From positions 160,001 through 224,000 of the forward strand of contig CAWDPO010000024.1 in assembly GCA_963804165.1 (NCBI GenBank): a DNA stretch of 64,000 nucleotides. The letters are read 5' to 3'. This document shows positions 20,532 to 30,655 of the stretch, in pieces. Under the pieces are notes generated by a model, which was given only the letters and a program-made list of their open reading frames with translations, did not search any database and was not told the origin of the DNA. This stretch comes from an uncultured delta proteobacterium. GTDB lineage: Bacteria; Desulfobacterota; Binatia; UBA9968. A program made the translations under genes and the position numbers. Each line of letters opens with the position of its first letter. Within the stretch, counting starts at the first letter, position 1.

Positions 20532-21415
20532 TCAATTCACGCTCCGGGAAGGCACATAGCCATGGGCGACGACCAGTCTTCTGACAACTGTTCAGCGCGT
20601 AATCGATAAAGTGGCGCAGCGTCGGCGCCGGCGCGCCCTTGACGACCATCAACAGCGGCCGTGCGAGCTGATAAGTGCCATCCGTAATGTTGGCATCCGT
20701 GGGCTCGACGTTGTCGAGCGCAAAGGCTTTGAGATGGTTGCTGTTAAGCGCCAAGCCGGAAGAAATGTAGGCGATCGCATTGTTGTTGCTCTGGAGTTTT
20801 TCCAGGAGCGCGCCCTGGGACGGCAGCTGGAGCGCTTTGGGTGAGATTTTTTTCTCGCCCAATGATTTTCTCTTGAAAGATCTCCGTCGAGCCGGCGCCG
20901 GCATCCCGTGTCAAAAGAACGATCGGCTTCGCCGGCAAGCGAACGATCCAACTCCTGGTAAGTCTTCACTTCGCCGGAAAAAATCGCCGCCAACTCCGCC
21001 GGCGAAAAGCCCTTCTTGCGGTTCGCCAAGGGATTGCGCGAGTTCACCGCAATGGCGACCGCGTCCTTGCCGACGAGATGGCTCTGATGCTCGCCAAGTG
21101 TCTTTTTCTCCGCGTCCTTTAATTCCCGCGACACCATGCCGATATCGATGACGCCGCTGAGCAGCGACTTGACGCCGAATCCTGAGCCGCCGCCCGTGAC
21201 AAATACCGTCGTGTTTTTCTTCGGCAACGAAGCCGTCGACCCGGTCCCACGTCGGGAAATCGCTCCATGAACTCACTGCCGCAATTCGCCATGATCGGCA
21301 GCAGAGTCGTCGATCCGCCGGCGCGAATGGTCGGATCTTGCTCCTGCCCTGAGGCGAATCGTTGCGACAGGATCAGCACTCCGAGAATGACTGCGATCGT
21401 CGAAATTGACTTCAT
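20532..21415 (-). CDS. pstS: Phosphate-binding periplasmic protein, PstS family (frameshifted)
   Basis: Signal peptide; GGSTTLLP, GGGSGFG, DIGMVSR, RDAGAGS, YQLARPL. Confidence 0.85.
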
Positions 21416-21612
21416 CGAATTCCTCCCCGAACGGCGCCGCCGGCGATAGGTCGGCGAGCCGTCAATAAGTTACTCAACGCTGAGCGCGACTCTGGCGTCG
21501 CTGTTTGACGGGAAAATTACAAAGAGATGAATTCTATGTGAACGATTCGAATCAAAAGAAATCCGTTACAACGATGTAGCCAGTGCGGCGGAGCAGCAAC
21601 CCAATCGGATTA

Positions 21613-21753
21613 TCTCGCGCAAAGACGCAAAGGCCGCAAAGGAAAACAAGCTCTCATTTCGACCAAGGGGGAAAATTTTTCTTAGATCCCTCGCATTGGT
21701 TCGGGATGACACGCCTCGGCGTGTCACTTGGCGACTTTGCGCCTTGGCGGGAG
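21613..21753. repeat. Nested REP-like palindromes
   Basis: Outer arms tctcgcgcaaagacgcaaaggccgcaaag / cttggcgactttgcgccttggcgggag enclose an inner tcatttcga...tcgggatga element. Confidence 0.6.
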
Positions 21754-21884
21754 GAATTTCCGACTCCGATCGCTTTTCTCACGCGTCTGACTTTTTCGTT
21801 CACTGCAGGCTTGATTTAACCGGTTTTGTCCGAATACGTTACCGTAAAGGGCACGCGTTTCCTTATTTTATCCTGGAATACCCA

Positions 21885-21899
21885 TGGCACATCTATTGC
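21885..21899 (+). promoter_or_regulatory. Sigma-54 promoter
   Basis: TGGCAC-ATCTA-TTGC matches the -24/-12 consensus. Confidence 0.7.
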
Positions 21900-21927
21900 G
21901 TCTTGAAGGGACAAGGAGAGGTCCTGT

Positions 21928-22062
21928 ATGGGAAGGAATCTTAATACAAGCGGTCCCCTCATATCGCCTTACCGGTTCGCGAATATCGATTGGGCGTTCC
22001 ACATTTTCTGGCTGACCTACTTCAGCACCGTACTCGGTTTTGTAGCGTACGTTATCGGTTGA
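21928..22062 (+). CDS. 44-aa small membrane protein (below the ORF-track cut-off)
   Basis: RBS aaggagagg; MGRNLNTSGPLISPYRFANIDWAFHIFWLTYFSTVLGFVAYVIG*, with one C-terminal hydrophobic helix, directly after the sigma-54 promoter. Confidence 0.55.
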   Translation: MGRNLNTSGPLISPYRFANIDWAFHIFWLTYFSTVLGFVAYVIG

Positions 22063-22521
22063 TTAGCGTTAAAGCCCGCGGTGCCTGTTGGCGCAACGCC
22101 GCAGCATAAAAATCACTTGCCGACAAACTCCGATTTCGCGGCTAATACCGCAAGCTCGGCCGTGAGCCGATCGACTCGGCTTTCACAGCGGCATCGCTTG
22201 TTTTCCTAAAACGGCACTTCAGCTTTCTGCTTTGAGCTCAGAGCAGCTTCCGCACATCGCCATGGATATCGGCGAAACAAATCCGTAAGTTTTGTTGTTC
22301 ACTGCCGGCGTGTCGACGCAATGCCTTTCAACAGCATTAAGTTGCATTCAGGATAAAGCCCGTTGGACTAAAGCGTCGGGTGAAGAATCCATGGGATCAA
22401 ATTATTTGACACGATAAAAGTTTCTTCCTAGATTACCCGCACCGAATGGCAATTTGCTGCCGCACCACATAAGAGATACTTCGACCGCCCGATCGTCGAA
22501 ATCAACACACGGAGAACAGCA

Positions 22522-23652
22522 ATGAGCGTCATGACTACAATGCCGAGGCAAGTGGCCGTTGCGATCAATGACCTTTTAGACACCTGCGGACAAATTAAGA
22601 CCGGACAGCAGGTATTAATTGTCGCGGCATCAGACGGTCTCACCGGCGGGGTCAACATCGTCGATGAAGCGACCATCGCTTGGATTCAGGCGGCCGTGCA
22701 GCAACGGGGCGCCTATGCATCCGTACTATGGACCGATATTCCAAGCCCAATCCACGCCTGGCGTGTGCCGCCAGTGATCAAAGCGGCCGTGGCGGGTATC
22801 GATGTGATGATCAGCCACGCCTTTGACTTGCCGTTTGAAGAACTCTACGAGTTGCGCGACGTCATGACCGAGCATCGTGCTGTGTTTGTTCGCAACATGG
22901 CGACCACGGCGGGCTTGCTGGCCAGCGATTGGGCGCAAACGCCGTATGAGCTTATATCGCAAATTCGTATTCGAACCGCGCGCTTGTTCCAGGAAGGCCT
23001 TGCCTGGACGCTGACACACCCGAACGGCACGCATTTGACAGGCAGGATTAGTGAGCCGAAACCGGCGGGCAGACGTTACGCGGATCTGCGCACCGAGGGT
23101 TTCTATCGTCCTTTTCCGGAAGGCGTCTTCAGCCCGATCAATTTGGCCGATACGGAAGGCACGCTGGTCTTCGATCGCACCTCGCCGTGGTGGGCGCGTT
23201 ACATCAATATCCCGGCCCACTTTGCCGAGCCGGTGCGCATCACGATCACTAACAATCGGATTCGGAAATTCGCAGGCGGTGATGAGGCCAAAGCTATGGA
23301 AAGTTTCATCGCTGCCATGGCGGATCGCGTCGGTGACATGATGTACGAAGCCTTTGCGCTGCATGGCGGAGTGCACCCGCATGCAAAGATTGGCCGGCAT
23401 CAGTGCGTCAATGACAGCTATCGGGATTTCATCGAACATCACCATTCTAGCAATCTCCACCTCCACTTGGGTGTAGTTCCGAGCGAGCACCGCGCAAGCT
23501 ATCCCTATTTCGTCCACATCACCGGGGATCTGCAGGGAGCGACCTTACAACTGGGAGACAAGCTGGTGTACGATCGCGGCAGGTTAACAACGCTGGACCT
23601 TCCAGAAATCAAGGAGCTTGCCGCGCGCTTTCCGGAGCGTCCCGGGATTTGA
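22522..23652 (+). CDS. M29 aminopeptidase-fold / 2,5-dihydroxypyridine dioxygenase (NicX)-like metalloenzyme
   Basis: GQQVLI, PNGTHLTG, FPEG, EGTLVFD, PVRITI, HGGVHP, HLHLG pattern. Confidence 0.6.
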   Translation: MSVMTTMPRQVAVAINDLLDTCGQIKTGQQVLIVAASDGLTGGVNIVDEATIAWIQAAVQQRGAYASVLWTDIPSPIHAWRVPPVIKAAVAGIDVMISHAFDLPFEELYELRDVMTEHRAVFVRNMATTAGLLASDWAQTPYELISQIRIRTARLFQEGLAWTLTHPNGTHLTGRISEPKPAGRRYADLRTEGFYRPFPEGVFSPINLADTEGTLVFDRTSPWWARYINIPAHFAEPVRITITNNRIRKFAGGDEAKAMESFIAAMADRVGDMMYEAFALHGGVHPHAKIGRHQCVNDSYRDFIEHHHSSNLHLHLGVVPSEHRASYPYFVHITGDLQGATLQLGDKLVYDRGRLTTLDLPEIKELAARFPERPGI

Positions 23653-23724
23653 GCCAGCAACCGTCATAACAAGGGATTACAGTTTACTAGCTCACCGGCT
23701 GCCGAAAAGATCGAGGGAACAGGC

Positions 23725-24759
23725 ATGTTTATGAAAGACGCATTAGCATGGAAACCGCTGACCGTGCTCGCCAACCGACACCGCGTGAATCGGCATAGCT
23801 TTACGTCCGTGCTATTACTGTTGTCATTTCTTTTTGCGCCGCTCCATTTGAACGCCGTCGAGAAAGTGACCATCGCGCATTCCGTTCAACTCTCGGCGAC
23901 GATCGCGCCATTGCTTTACGGCATTCATCGCGGATTCTTCAGAGACGAGAATATCGAACTGGAATATCGGATGTTGCGGACCGACATCGGGGTCAAAGCA
24001 ATAATAAACAATGAGATTGATTATCTTTACAGTGCTGGGACAGCCATTCGGGCTTCCATTAGAGGCTTGCCTATCCGCGCTCTTTCTTACGATTTGGAGA
24101 GGCTGCCGCATTTTCTAATGGGTCGACCTGGCGTTAAATCGGCCAATGACCTGCGCGGGAAGATCATTGGCGTGAGTTCCTTTGGCGCATCGGGTGACGT
24201 GGCGGCGCGAGCTTGTCTGCGATCCATGGGCATCGACGTAAAGAAGGACGTCACAATCGTTTCTATGGGCTCCGATGCGGTCCGCTACAATGCCATCAAG
24301 GCCGGATCGGTCGAAGCCATCATCGTGCCCCTACCGCGCAACATTCAGTTGAAGAAAGAAGGTTTCGGCGAACTGTGTTACGCCGGGCGTATATTCAAGG
24401 GAGCGGTTTCCGGCGTGGTTGCAACGATGGATCGTATCCGCAATAAGCCGGACCAAGCCAGGGCGGTACTCCGAGGCATGTTGAAAACTTCAAGGTCATT
24501 GAAAAAAGACCGAGGTGATTTTGTCGATTTCTTGGTTTCGCGCGTAAAGCTTGAACGCGATGTGGCCGAGGAGACCGCCACGGTGATGATCGACGGTCAG
24601 ACCAAGAACGGGATTATCGAGGACAATGATCTCCAGGTCGTAATCGACGCTGAGCGCCAGATAATGCAAGTGGACAAACCGGTCAAAGTCTCCGATGTCG
24701 CCGACTATAGCTTGCTTCGGGAGATACTCAGCAAGGAAGAGAAAACTTCTCCCCGCTGA
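23725..24759 (+). CDS. NMT1/SsuA/THI5-type solute-binding protein
   Basis: Signal peptide; GFFRDENIELE, DLRGKIIGVSSFG, C-terminal DYSLL. Confidence 0.85.
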   Translation: MFMKDALAWKPLTVLANRHRVNRHSFTSVLLLLSFLFAPLHLNAVEKVTIAHSVQLSATIAPLLYGIHRGFFRDENIELEYRMLRTDIGVKAIINNEIDYLYSAGTAIRASIRGLPIRALSYDLERLPHFLMGRPGVKSANDLRGKIIGVSSFGASGDVAARACLRSMGIDVKKDVTIVSMGSDAVRYNAIKAGSVEAIIVPLPRNIQLKKEGFGELCYAGRIFKGAVSGVVATMDRIRNKPDQARAVLRGMLKTSRSLKKDRGDFVDFLVSRVKLERDVAEETATVMIDGQTKNGIIEDNDLQVVIDAERQIMQVDKPVKVSDVADYSLLREILSKEEKTSPR

Positions 24760-24772
24760 CTTTGAGAAAGAT

Positions 24773-25504
24773 CTAGACTGCTCTCAGAGTATGGCCCACC
24801 GCTGCACGATAGGCGGCGTCTACTTTGTAAGACGCCGCGGCGCCTTCGAGGGCGGTACGAACGGCAAATTCGTCTGTGATATGCGGAACGATTGCATCCC
24901 AAATAGCATCCGCGTGATCGACGTCCGCTTCCACGTGGACATTGGTTGAAGCGAGCCGTTCGCGCTCTATTCCAGCCTCGTTAACCAATTTCTCACGCCA
25001 TCTTCGCGAAATCCCCCCACCAGGAACAATGCGATCACTATTCCTGCGCTCGAGCGCGTGAAATGCCGTCAGCACGCTTAACCAGGGAAAGGTCGCGGCG
25101 ATATGCAGCCAACCATAGAATGCCGACACGATCAGTGGCGGCAAATCATACCCTTTAACATCATCCTCGGTAGCCCCGAAAGCACGGGCTTCACTTAGTT
25201 GTAGAGTTTGATGATCTGCGCCGCCCCGCAGGTCAAACGAAAGCTCATCCTTCTCATGCTCCCAAATAGTTTTTTTGACGCTGTAAGGGCACCGCGCCTG
25301 CACATATGCCCAACAATCTCGGCGGTTGATACCATAATAGACGGTGAGAATCGCATGAATCCGCGCGCGTTCACGGGTTAGCGGCGTCGAAAACATCAGC
25401 TTGAACTCGGGCGTGTCATATTGCGCGATCGCCATTTTGGTGAGTTGCCGATTCAAGTGATCAACAAAATCGTTGCGGCCGTCGCTTGTATTCGCACCAG
25501 ACAT
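24773..25504 (-). CDS. Heme-oxygenase-like diiron oxidase (PqqC/CADD/TenA superfamily)
   Basis: RBS ggaggag before ATG 25504; NRRDCW, HEKDEL, DH, ALERRN, HVEADVDH metal-ligand pattern. Confidence 0.7.
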   Translation of the reverse strand: MSGANTSDGRNDFVDHLNRQLTKMAIAQYDTPEFKLMFSTPLTRERARIHAILTVYYGINRRDCWAYVQARCPYSVKKTIWEHEKDELSFDLRGGADHQTLQLSEARAFGATEDDVKGYDLPPLIVSAFYGWLHIAATFPWLSVLTAFHALERRNSDRIVPGGGISRRWREKLVNEAGIERERLASTNVHVEADVDHADAIWDAIVPHITDEFAVRTALEGAAASYKVDAAYRAAVGHTLRAV

Positions 25505-25860
25505 GATCGTTCTCCTCCGAAGATCCTTCAATGACCATGGATAACACTCGCTAATTTGGCAAGTCAATGTGTGCGCTTCGTTTCCATCGCGCAGGTGTGT
25601 CAGCGCTCGCGCATTTTTCCACATGAAGAAAGCGAGTGCCAAACGAGTGTTTCGAACTGATTGAGCAACGCAGCGTGAATTGCACGAGCAACAACATCCA
25701 AGAGCGAACAATGAAGAATTCGTCGCGCCGAAAGATATGCAGGCGGAGCATTGTGCTGTGCTGACAATCAGCACTTGACTCTGTCGTTACTTCCACGTAC
25801 GAGATTTGCGGTGATCGGCGGACCAGCGTCTATGCCGATGGAAGGAGCTCTCAAACATAA

Positions 25861-26853
25861 ATGAAGCGGCACAAACAATTGATCGCTCAAAAAATCTCGA
25901 ATATTTCTGCTCTACTGATCGTTTTTATTCTTAGTTCTATTCGACCAGCTCCGGCAGAAGTCGACTTTCCCATCGGCTATGTGTCGCGCGGCGGCACCTA
26001 TGCCTTCATCAGTCTTATCGAGCAACACAAACTGCTTGAACAGGAAGGTATCCGGCCCACTTTTGTCTACATTGGCGGGCCACAGGTATCGCAAGCGCTC
26101 ATCTCAGGCGATATTCGCATGGCCATCGTCGCCGCGGCGAGCCCTATTCGCGCCGCGGCTCACGGTGCTGACCTGCGATTCGTCGGCGGAGTGACAGATA
26201 AGGAAGTGGCCTCCTTTGTCGCCGCGCCAAATATCAAGACTCCTGCGGAGTTGAAAGGCACACGTTTGGCCATCGATCGCTTTGGCGACTATAGTGATTT
26301 CCGCGCGCGCAAAGTTTTGGAGATGTTTGGCCTGCAGGCGCAAAAAGATGTAACGCTCTTGCAGATCGGCGCGCAGACGGCCCGTTTCGCCGCGCTTAGA
26401 AGCAATAACGTCCAGTCGACCTTTGTCGTGCCGCCCCTCACACTGGTGGCGCGAAAGGCAGGTTTACGCGAACTCGCAGATCTCGGCGAACTTGGGTTTC
26501 CCTCATCGTCGGGAGCATTCGTCGTCATGCAATCGACCGTGGAAAAAAATCCCAAAGAGATTTATGGCGTGCTGCGCGCATTTGTCAAAGCCATCCGCTT
26601 ATACAAGGCGGACAAAGAGCAGGCGCTCGGCGCCATCGCTCGTTTCATGAAATTGAACGACCGCGAAGCGTTGGAAGAAACCTGGCGCATGAACGCCAAA
26701 GTGCTTAAGGATATTCCATCTCCGCCGTTGGCCGGCATCCGGGTCGTCAGAGATTTCTTGGCCCAGACCGATCCAGAGGTCAAGAAGATGAATCTCGAGT
26801 CCTTCATCACCACCCAGTTTACCGACCGCCTGCAGAGAGAAGGCGTGAAGTGA
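25861..26853 (+). CDS. NMT1/SsuA-type solute-binding protein
   Basis: Signal peptide; QALISGD, ELKGTRL, RFAALRS. Confidence 0.85.
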   Translation: MKRHKQLIAQKISNISALLIVFILSSIRPAPAEVDFPIGYVSRGGTYAFISLIEQHKLLEQEGIRPTFVYIGGPQVSQALISGDIRMAIVAAASPIRAAAHGADLRFVGGVTDKEVASFVAAPNIKTPAELKGTRLAIDRFGDYSDFRARKVLEMFGLQAQKDVTLLQIGAQTARFAALRSNNVQSTFVVPPLTLVARKAGLRELADLGELGFPSSSGAFVVMQSTVEKNPKEIYGVLRAFVKAIRLYKADKEQALGAIARFMKLNDREALEETWRMNAKVLKDIPSPPLAGIRVVRDFLAQTDPEVKKMNLESFITTQFTDRLQREGVK

Positions 26854-27845
26854 ACCGAAGAAACAGCATCGGCGGCGGGAAAAATCTCGTTCTGTTGCTC
26901 GGCGTTCTATCATTTACACTCACGACAAACTCCGAATGCAGTGCGGCGGAAAAGCCGTTGCAGAAAGTGCGCGCCGGCTACGTTAGCCCGAGCACGGATA
27001 ACGTCTTATTGCCCATCGCGCAAAAACGCGGCTTGCTTGCGCAGCATGGAATCGAAGTCGAGATTATCGCTCTACGCGGCGGTGTGCAGATGGCGCAGGC
27101 GTTGCTTAGCGACAGCTTACAGTTCGCGCAAATGGCAGGCTCCGTGGTGGTCCGCTCGGTTTTGGCCGGTAGCGATCTGGTCATGATCGCCGGTTTCGTT
27201 AATCGGATCAGTTACCTCATGGTGTCACGGCCTGGCATCAACAGCATGAAAGATTTGACCGGCAAGAAAATCGCCACGGCATCCATCGGCGGTTCAGTGG
27301 ACTCCGTCCTGCGGCTCGGCCTAAGAGCTTCTGGGATCGATCCGCAGCATGCAACCCTGTTGCCCGCCGGACCGCCAAACGCGCGAATTGCCGCTCTGGC
27401 CAGCGGTCAAATGGATGCGACGATAGTGTTGCCGGAAAATCTCGGCGTTGCTGAAAAAGCCGGGCTCAAAGTTCTCAAAGATCTTTCAGAGGTCGACCTA
27501 CAGATTCAACACACGGGTCTGGTCGTCAGACGGAGCTTGATCAAGGAAAATCGCCATCTCGTAAAGTCGTTCCTCGCCGCGATCGCCGAGGCGATCAATT
27601 TTTATCGTGACAACGAGCGCGAGACCATCGAAATCATGGGCGCATTTGCCGGCACTAAAGACGCCGGCCCGTTGCGGGACAGTTATCGGTTTCATAAACG
27701 GCTTTTTCAGCAGCCGCCCTATCCCTCCGCGGAGGGATTCAAAACCGTGCTCGCCGAGATTCGCGATCCGGCGATCGATGAAAAGAAGATTCGTAGCGAG
27801 CAATTCTTTGATAGGACATTACTCGACGAACTTAGAGCGAAATAA
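26850..27845 (+). CDS. NMT1/SsuA-type solute-binding protein
   Basis: Signal peptide; HGIEVE, DLTGKKI, RIAALASGQMDA. Confidence 0.85.
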   Translation: MNRRNSIGGGKNLVLLLGVLSFTLTTNSECSAAEKPLQKVRAGYVSPSTDNVLLPIAQKRGLLAQHGIEVEIIALRGGVQMAQALLSDSLQFAQMAGSVVVRSVLAGSDLVMIAGFVNRISYLMVSRPGINSMKDLTGKKIATASIGGSVDSVLRLGLRASGIDPQHATLLPAGPPNARIAALASGQMDATIVLPENLGVAEKAGLKVLKDLSEVDLQIQHTGLVVRRSLIKENRHLVKSFLAAIAEAINFYRDNERETIEIMGAFAGTKDAGPLRDSYRFHKRLFQQPPYPSAEGFKTVLAEIRDPAIDEKKIRSEQFFDRTLLDELRAK

Positions 27846-27914
27846 GGGGCAGTCAGGCTAAATCGCGATGACGAACAGGTCAGCGCGTTACCAAGGCGAA
27901 TTTTTGAGGACACG

Positions 27915-28862
27915 ATGATGCATTCAAAGAGTCATTACTTCGGTCTTGTTCTCGCTCTCCTGGTTTTGTCCGTGCAATCTCTCCATGCTAAGGACATCGT
28001 CATCGCGACGTCGTCAATGACTTTGACCAGCATTCCCTATCTTGTCGCGATTGAAAAAAAATACTTTGAAAAGGAAGGACTCGCCGCGCAATATGTCGTA
28101 ATGCGTTCGGACCTCGCCGTAAAGGGATTGATTACCGGCGACGTCGACTACAATCAAAGCGTATCAAGTGTTCTACGTGCCGGCGTTGCCGGTGCTCCCT
28201 TAATCACCGTTGCCGGAATTTATAACCGAACTTTCTTCGAATTAATTGCCCGGCGTGACATCAAATCGCTCGCCGAACTGAAAGGGAAGACAGTCGGGAT
28301 CAGTCGTTACGGCGCCTCTACGGAGTACGCCCTACGATTCGGGCTCAAGGCCAACGGGATCGATCCTGACAAGCAGATCAAGATGCTGGCAGTGGGCGAA
28401 GATGCCGCTAGAATAGCCGGACTGCAGAACGGAACGCTGGCAGCCATCGTATCGCAGGTGCCGGCGAATTTTTTTGCGCACAAAGTCGGCGGCCATACGC
28501 TCCTTCCTTTGGGTGAGTATATGGAGACCCTGCTGGCGGGCGTGGGTGTCGGCCAAAAAAAATTGGAGCAAAACCGCGATGAAGCTAAACGAGTAATTCG
28601 TGCGCTGCTTCGCGCCATGGATTTCATGCAGGCTCAACCTGTTGAAGTAAAAACCCTGATCCAGAAACGACTCGGTGTATCCGAGATGATTATAGTGGAT
28701 CATATCTATGGTCTGATAACGAAATATGCCACGCGCAATGGCATTCCTTCACAGAAAGCGATCGAGAACACGCTTTTGGGAACGCCCTTCGAGGGCAAGG
28801 TAACAAACTTTGATAAGCTGGTCGATTTCTCGATGGCGCGGGAAGTCGCGGAAGGAAAATAG
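27915..28862 (+). CDS. NMT1/SsuA-type solute-binding protein
   Basis: Signal peptide; YFEKEGL, ELKGKTVGISRYG, VDFSM. Confidence 0.85.
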   Translation: MMHSKSHYFGLVLALLVLSVQSLHAKDIVIATSSMTLTSIPYLVAIEKKYFEKEGLAAQYVVMRSDLAVKGLITGDVDYNQSVSSVLRAGVAGAPLITVAGIYNRTFFELIARRDIKSLAELKGKTVGISRYGASTEYALRFGLKANGIDPDKQIKMLAVGEDAARIAGLQNGTLAAIVSQVPANFFAHKVGGHTLLPLGEYMETLLAGVGVGQKKLEQNRDEAKRVIRALLRAMDFMQAQPVEVKTLIQKRLGVSEMIIVDHIYGLITKYATRNGIPSQKAIENTLLGTPFEGKVTNFDKLVDFSMAREVAEGK

Positions 28863-28947
28863 CAGGTACGGGCAAGACCACGAAAGTGATTCATGAGCTT
28901 ATACGCCCATAGGTAATGAAAACACGGTCACGCTGGACGGGCCACAC

Positions 28948-29026
28948 ATGTCATGCTGAGCGCCAGCGAAGCATCTGCTTTTCGAACAGAGAAAGCAGAT
29001 TCTTCGGCTTCGCCTCAGAATGACAT
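28948..29026. repeat. REP-like palindrome
   Basis: atgtcatgctgagcgccagcgaagcatctgcttt ... aaagcagattcttcggcttcgcctcagaatgacat. Confidence 0.75.
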
Positions 29027-29124
29027 TCTGAGTAAGGGAAGGTTCTTCAGATCGTCCCGCAGTCGCCCTAACCTCAATCTACGAAGGAGCCGGCAAGGTA
29101 GATAGAAGCGAACCTAAGGGTGAG

Positions 29125-30543
29125 ATGATGGAGATTGGGCAGGAAGAGGCAGATGTCGTCATCGTCGGCTACGGCGGAGCAGGCGCGGCGGCCGCTATTT
29201 CTGCTCACGATGCCGGCGTGTCTGTCATTGTCCTGGAGAAGGACTCCGGCGGCGGGAATACCCGCTTGGCCACCAACGCTTTTCTCTGCCCGATCAACAA
29301 CGCGAACGCTAAGGAACATTTGCGCGCTCTCTCTTCCGGAACCGTCACCGACGCAATTATCGATGCCTTTTTGGAATGGAGCTCGAAGAATGCCGAGTTC
29401 ATAGAGGAGCTCGGCGGCGGCGTGGAGCGGGTCACTCCCGGTCCAACTTTCCCCAAGCTACTCGGCTCGGAGGCGATGACCCGCTACAGAGTGAAAGGTC
29501 CTCCAGGCGAGCGCGGCGGCGTTTCGCTTTGGAATCTACTTTCCAAGAACGTTCAACAAAGGAAGATCCGTGTCTGCCAGCAAAGCCCGGTGAAAAAACT
29601 GCTGCGATCCGGAGACGAAGTTGTCGAGGTAGAAGCAGAAATAGAAGGACAATGCTTGCGAATCCGCGCAAAGAAGGCAGTGGTTTTGGCGACCGGGGGA
29701 TTTGAGTTCAACGAGGACATGAAGAGAGAATATCTTTTGGGCTATCCCATCTATGCCTATGGACATAACGGAAATCGGGGAGATGGCATCAAGCTGGCGC
29801 AGGATCTTGGCGCGGATCTTTGGCACATGAAGTCGGTAGCGGCGCCCATGGGATATAAATTTCCCGAATACGAAGCGGCGTTCACTATGCAAATGCCGGC
29901 GAACGGCTATATCATCGTCGATCAGCACGGATGCAGGTTCTGCAATGAAACCGGTCTCGAGCATTACAGCATGTGGATGGAAGCGACTCGCCTTGATATG
30001 GAAACCCTTGGGTTTTCCCGAATTCCTTCCTATCTCATTTTCGATGATCGAACCCGTCTTTCCGGACCGATCACGCAGTTAGGCCATGGGGCCAACCGAG
30101 ATTACAACTGGAGCGCCGACAATTCAGAGGAGCTTAGGCGCGGATGGATAACGAGTGGAAAGAGCGGCGAGCAGTTGGCGGTTGGGCTGGGAATAAATTC
30201 TCCGGACCAATTGTCCAGAACTTTGAGCGCGTATCAGGCGTTCTGTAAGAAAGGGAAGGACGAGGAGTTTGCCCGATCCAGAGAAACCTTAATTGAGCTT
30301 CGCGGAGATTTATACGGAGTGCCTTTATGGCCGTGTTTGTTGAACACCCAAGGAGGGCCCAAGAGAAATAACCGAGGACAAATCCTGGACGTGTGGGGCC
30401 AACCAATAAAGCGGCTCTACGGCGCGGGTGAGTTGGGTTCCATTTGGGGATTTTTGTACCAGAGCGGCGGGAATCTCTGCGAGTGCCTGGCTTCAGGCCG
30501 AATGGCTGGATTCAATGCGGCGCATGAACCGCTTCAGTCTTGA
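29125..30543 (+). CDS. FAD-binding oxidoreductase (fumarate reductase/KstD/TcuA flavoprotein family)
   Basis: DVVIVGYGGAGAAAA, LATGGF, GNRGDGI, NTQGGP, LYGAGE. Confidence 0.85.
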   Translation: MMEIGQEEADVVIVGYGGAGAAAAISAHDAGVSVIVLEKDSGGGNTRLATNAFLCPINNANAKEHLRALSSGTVTDAIIDAFLEWSSKNAEFIEELGGGVERVTPGPTFPKLLGSEAMTRYRVKGPPGERGGVSLWNLLSKNVQQRKIRVCQQSPVKKLLRSGDEVVEVEAEIEGQCLRIRAKKAVVLATGGFEFNEDMKREYLLGYPIYAYGHNGNRGDGIKLAQDLGADLWHMKSVAAPMGYKFPEYEAAFTMQMPANGYIIVDQHGCRFCNETGLEHYSMWMEATRLDMETLGFSRIPSYLIFDDRTRLSGPITQLGHGANRDYNWSADNSEELRRGWITSGKSGEQLAVGLGINSPDQLSRTLSAYQAFCKKGKDEEFARSRETLIELRGDLYGVPLWPCLLNTQGGPKRNNRGQILDVWGQPIKRLYGAGELGSIWGFLYQSGGNLCECLASGRMAGFNAAHEPLQS

Positions 30544-30655
30544 ATGCCAATCTGTCGGAGCTATTTGACACTATCGACGCAGCCAGAATATACCTGGTGC
30601 TCAAACTTGTTCCGACGGGCAACACACTGCTTGGGAAGAAGGGAGCCGGCAAACA

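Noticed and set aside
25625-25642. Sigma-54-like TGGCAC-TCGCT-TTCT upstream of the diiron oxidase
   Set aside because: The -12 element lacks the conserved GC
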